A DNA stretch of 63,193 nt, counting the filler, from Vezdaea acicularis (Eukaryota): assembly GCA_026025075.1 (NCBI GenBank). It is 7 parts of 7 records of this genome, joined end to end, with 100 filler letters (N's around TTAATTAATTAA, not from the genome) between each part and the next. Parts side by side here need not be neighbours in the genome. Positions count along the whole stretch, not along the records: positions 54,622 to 63,193 come from JAPEUI010000273.1; 6 more parts are not named here. One strand, given 5' to 3'. Position 1 is the stretch's first letter. Every line of letters begins with the position of its first letter. The position numbers and the translations under genes were made by a program. Under the pieces are notes generated by a model. That model ran no database searches and was not told the DNA's origin. It saw only the letters and a program-made list of their open reading frames with translations. Below, piece after piece: positions 60,524 through 63,193 of this stretch.

Positions 60524-63193
60524 CTTCCTCTTTCTTATGACTACCTCTTTCTTATCTCATACCTGGCGTTCGCCCCAGCGCAGGAAGGATTCTGATCAAC
60601 ATAGAACCCGAAGGATCGCCCAACGCACGTTCGTGTGCGCAGAGAGGGAAGGACCCAAACAAAACCGGGACTAGGGAGACTCTAGATGAACAAGAAATGT
60701 TGTTCAACTGGGGAACAATGGCTTTACTGACGCCCCAGGGCTGGACGGTATATTTTAGAAGAAATACTATACTTCTGGATTCTTCTCACGTTTTTTTCGT
60801 TTCTCCTCTGTTATACTTCTTCTTTCTTGTACAGTACATGTACATGTACTCCCATTATCGGCGCAATGGGGTGTTTCTGGCGTGGGATATCTGTCTGTCT
60901 CCTCAACTATCGCATTTCTTTACGTGGTGCATCATCACTTGTTTTTCTTGGATCGCAGGACTCTTGGGCGTTGGTAGCGCTTGAGGCGTTGTATATCCTT
61001 GCGAGATACATAGTTTCATCCTTCACAAAATATACATAACCGCATCAGAATCTGTGCCGTTCATACTTCTAGTCTATCGCATATACAGCTCAGTGCCTTT
61101 ATATGACGTACACGGAGATATATAGTGTGGAAATATAAGAATGTAAGACCCAAATTATTGTATCTGTGCTCCTGGGTTTCTGCGCAGACTTCTCTCCTCG
61201 TATCATATCGTATCGTATCATATCGTACCATGACAACACTCCCTCCAAGTCATCCGCGGGACTCTGGAGCGGGATGGGAAGGGTATGTATCCGTTGCACA
61301 CATTCTCCTCCTAAGCCCCTAATCCCTAAACCCCCCAATCGCCTAACCCTCCCAATCTCCCCCTAAACGAACCAGTAACCCCCCTCCCCCCTCCTCCTTC
61401 CCGTACACGGAACCTTTGGAGGAGACACCCTCTAGACGCGATATCTCTTGTAGGAAAAGATCGGATTGATTAGTTTGACGCGGGAAAACCGCGGGTTCTA
61501 GAAGAAGAAAAATGCGGGGTTCTGCGGATCTGAGGTCCGCTTGAGCGGGCTGGTTCGAGAATACTAATCTCGTAGCTGGGTAGTGCTGTAGCTAGTTCTC
61601 ACTCCTTCCGCACGAAAAAGCCGGAGGTTGGCAAGGAAGCGATGTGTCTATGTGAATCCGCCATAAGCTAGACCATGCACTCCAACCAACTCACCCAAGT
61701 GCAACACACCGACGCGCCGAGCAGAAGGAGAGGCCCTCTCCGAAAGACCGAGATGAACTGAGAAAAGGGGAGGTGGTGCTGTGGGCAGACTTCGAAGGTG
61801 TTTGATCTGGAGATATGGAGACCGTGGATGCGATGCGGAAGGGGAGGGTTAGCTAGCTTCGAGTGTCGGGCGTCGAGCCCCGAGCGTCGAGCATCGGTCG
61901 GAGGGATGGGCGAATAAAAGACTTCCCGGCTTTCTATCCGGAGCAGAGGACGGGATTCAGGGAGAGGTGGTAGTAAGGGGGCTATTAAGGGGGACGTTCA
62001 TGTTCATATTCTGCTTCGGACGTTATAAAGGGGGGGGGGTGTTCGTAAGCGGAGGTTGAGGTTGGTACGATAGGCTCCCCTTGCGCAGGTATGTATCGGT
62101 AGACTCGCAGTCAATAAGATCGCGTACGTAGTCGGTGCAGCGGATCGATGAGTCAGGAGGGGAGTGTGAATGAGGGTGGGGAAAGCGGAGAGGAGGCGAG
62201 GTGGAGATCATTCCTCCCACCATGCGGACGAGGTTGGATGGGCTGGAGTTCCGCGCTGGGTGTTTGGGGGGCCGAGAAGAGGAGGTTGGGTTTGTTGGTG
62301 AGTGGAGCGGGGGAGAGATGGTAGGGTTTGGGGAGAGAGGGCGGGGGAAAGATGGGTGAGTGATGGTGGTGATGGATGTATTGAGGAGGGTCTTGATGCT
62401 GGATCGAGAGAGAGTTTATAGGGACGTGGATAGAGGGGCTGGGTAGAGCGAGGGATGTCCTGGCATGTTGAATGTGGAGCTGGGGAATAGCAGTCCTTGG
62501 ATCATCGTTGTTATAATGGCCGGACAAGAATGAAACCGGGAGGCCCTCTTAAATAGGGACATGGTCATGCCTCGGCGATACCACGTTACCGAGGCCTCGT
62601 CTGATATCAGAGTTGACTGAGGAGACGTCCAAGTCGGATATTATGCAAAGAAAAATGAAAGGCGAACATAGGAAAATGCTGGAAGAGAAAAAGCTTCCGC
62701 CGTGCGGATGGAAACACGGGAAGGAAAAACCCTGGTACGAGCAGGACAGCAATATCGAGGACGATGCGAGGAAGAAAAGACGGTCCACTGCCAAGTACCC
62801 AGAATATGCTTAATCACGTCGTAGGATGTGCTTTTGATGGCAAGCTCCCCGGGCCGTTCATATGCCATGCCAGGCCAGCCAAAAGCAAACCCGGTTTCAG
62901 TCTTCGCCGGCATCAGCGCCTTTGTTGACATGCAGCCCCCAACAACATCCTCAACAGCGGCATCGAGGTCATTAGAGGCAGGGCGGCTAATGAGGCGGGA
63001 CGAGTGTGAAGGCGACGAGAGTGATGACATGAAGAGATGCAAGTGATGTTGGGAGGGTTGTGAAGAAGTGAAGAGGGAAGAGCGGAGTGCAACCTGCAAT
63101 CTCGGGATGAGGCGCGGGTGGGACCCATGGACGGGGAGACCCTTCGTAATCTTGGGAAGCGATGCCACCTGCTCGAGAGGGAGAGAGCCGGGG

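Noticed and set aside
61309..61368. Telomere-like CCCTAA variants
   Set aside because: Highly degenerate, internal to the contig and not a tandem TTAGGG array.
1..63193. A single multi-gene system spanning the window
   Set aside because: The seven contigs are only concatenated by size, so adjacency across linkers carries no biological information.

Overview
This is filamentous ascomycete (Pezizomycotina) genomic DNA with GT-AG introns and CTRAC-type branch points. It is not one locus: seven unrelated contigs (1-9742, 9843-19305, 19406-28262, 28363-37066, 37167-45849, 45950-54521, 54622-63193) are joined by artificial 100-nt N44-TTAATTAATTAA-N44 linkers and ordered by non-increasing length. 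A Nextera/Tn5 adapter remnant starts contig 2, so this is a fragmented, possibly metagenome-derived assembly, and synteny across linkers is meaningless. Most genes are housekeeping: GYP1, HRP1, AIP1, CSE1, an MMtag-family gene, snf21, NIP7, NOC3, CWC15, RRP45, a large USP, a galactonate dehydratase, an MDR oxidoreductase and a saccharopine-dehydrogenase-like fragment. Exon structures were rebuilt by hand. The most interesting items are: (1) a secreted six-cysteine module present twice in one protein and apparently again on another contig; (2) a 1.2-kb UAG-motif-rich intron in HRP1; (3) a Gly/Ser D[ST]YG-repeat protein missed by the ORF track and built by exon-plus-intron duplication; (4) a ~66-bp palindrome-cored minisatellite with a RIP-like mutation gradient; (5) a nearly lysine-free, highly acidic orphan ORF. 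No tRNA, rRNA, CRISPR array or intact transposase was found. Family names come from motif recognition, not database searches.
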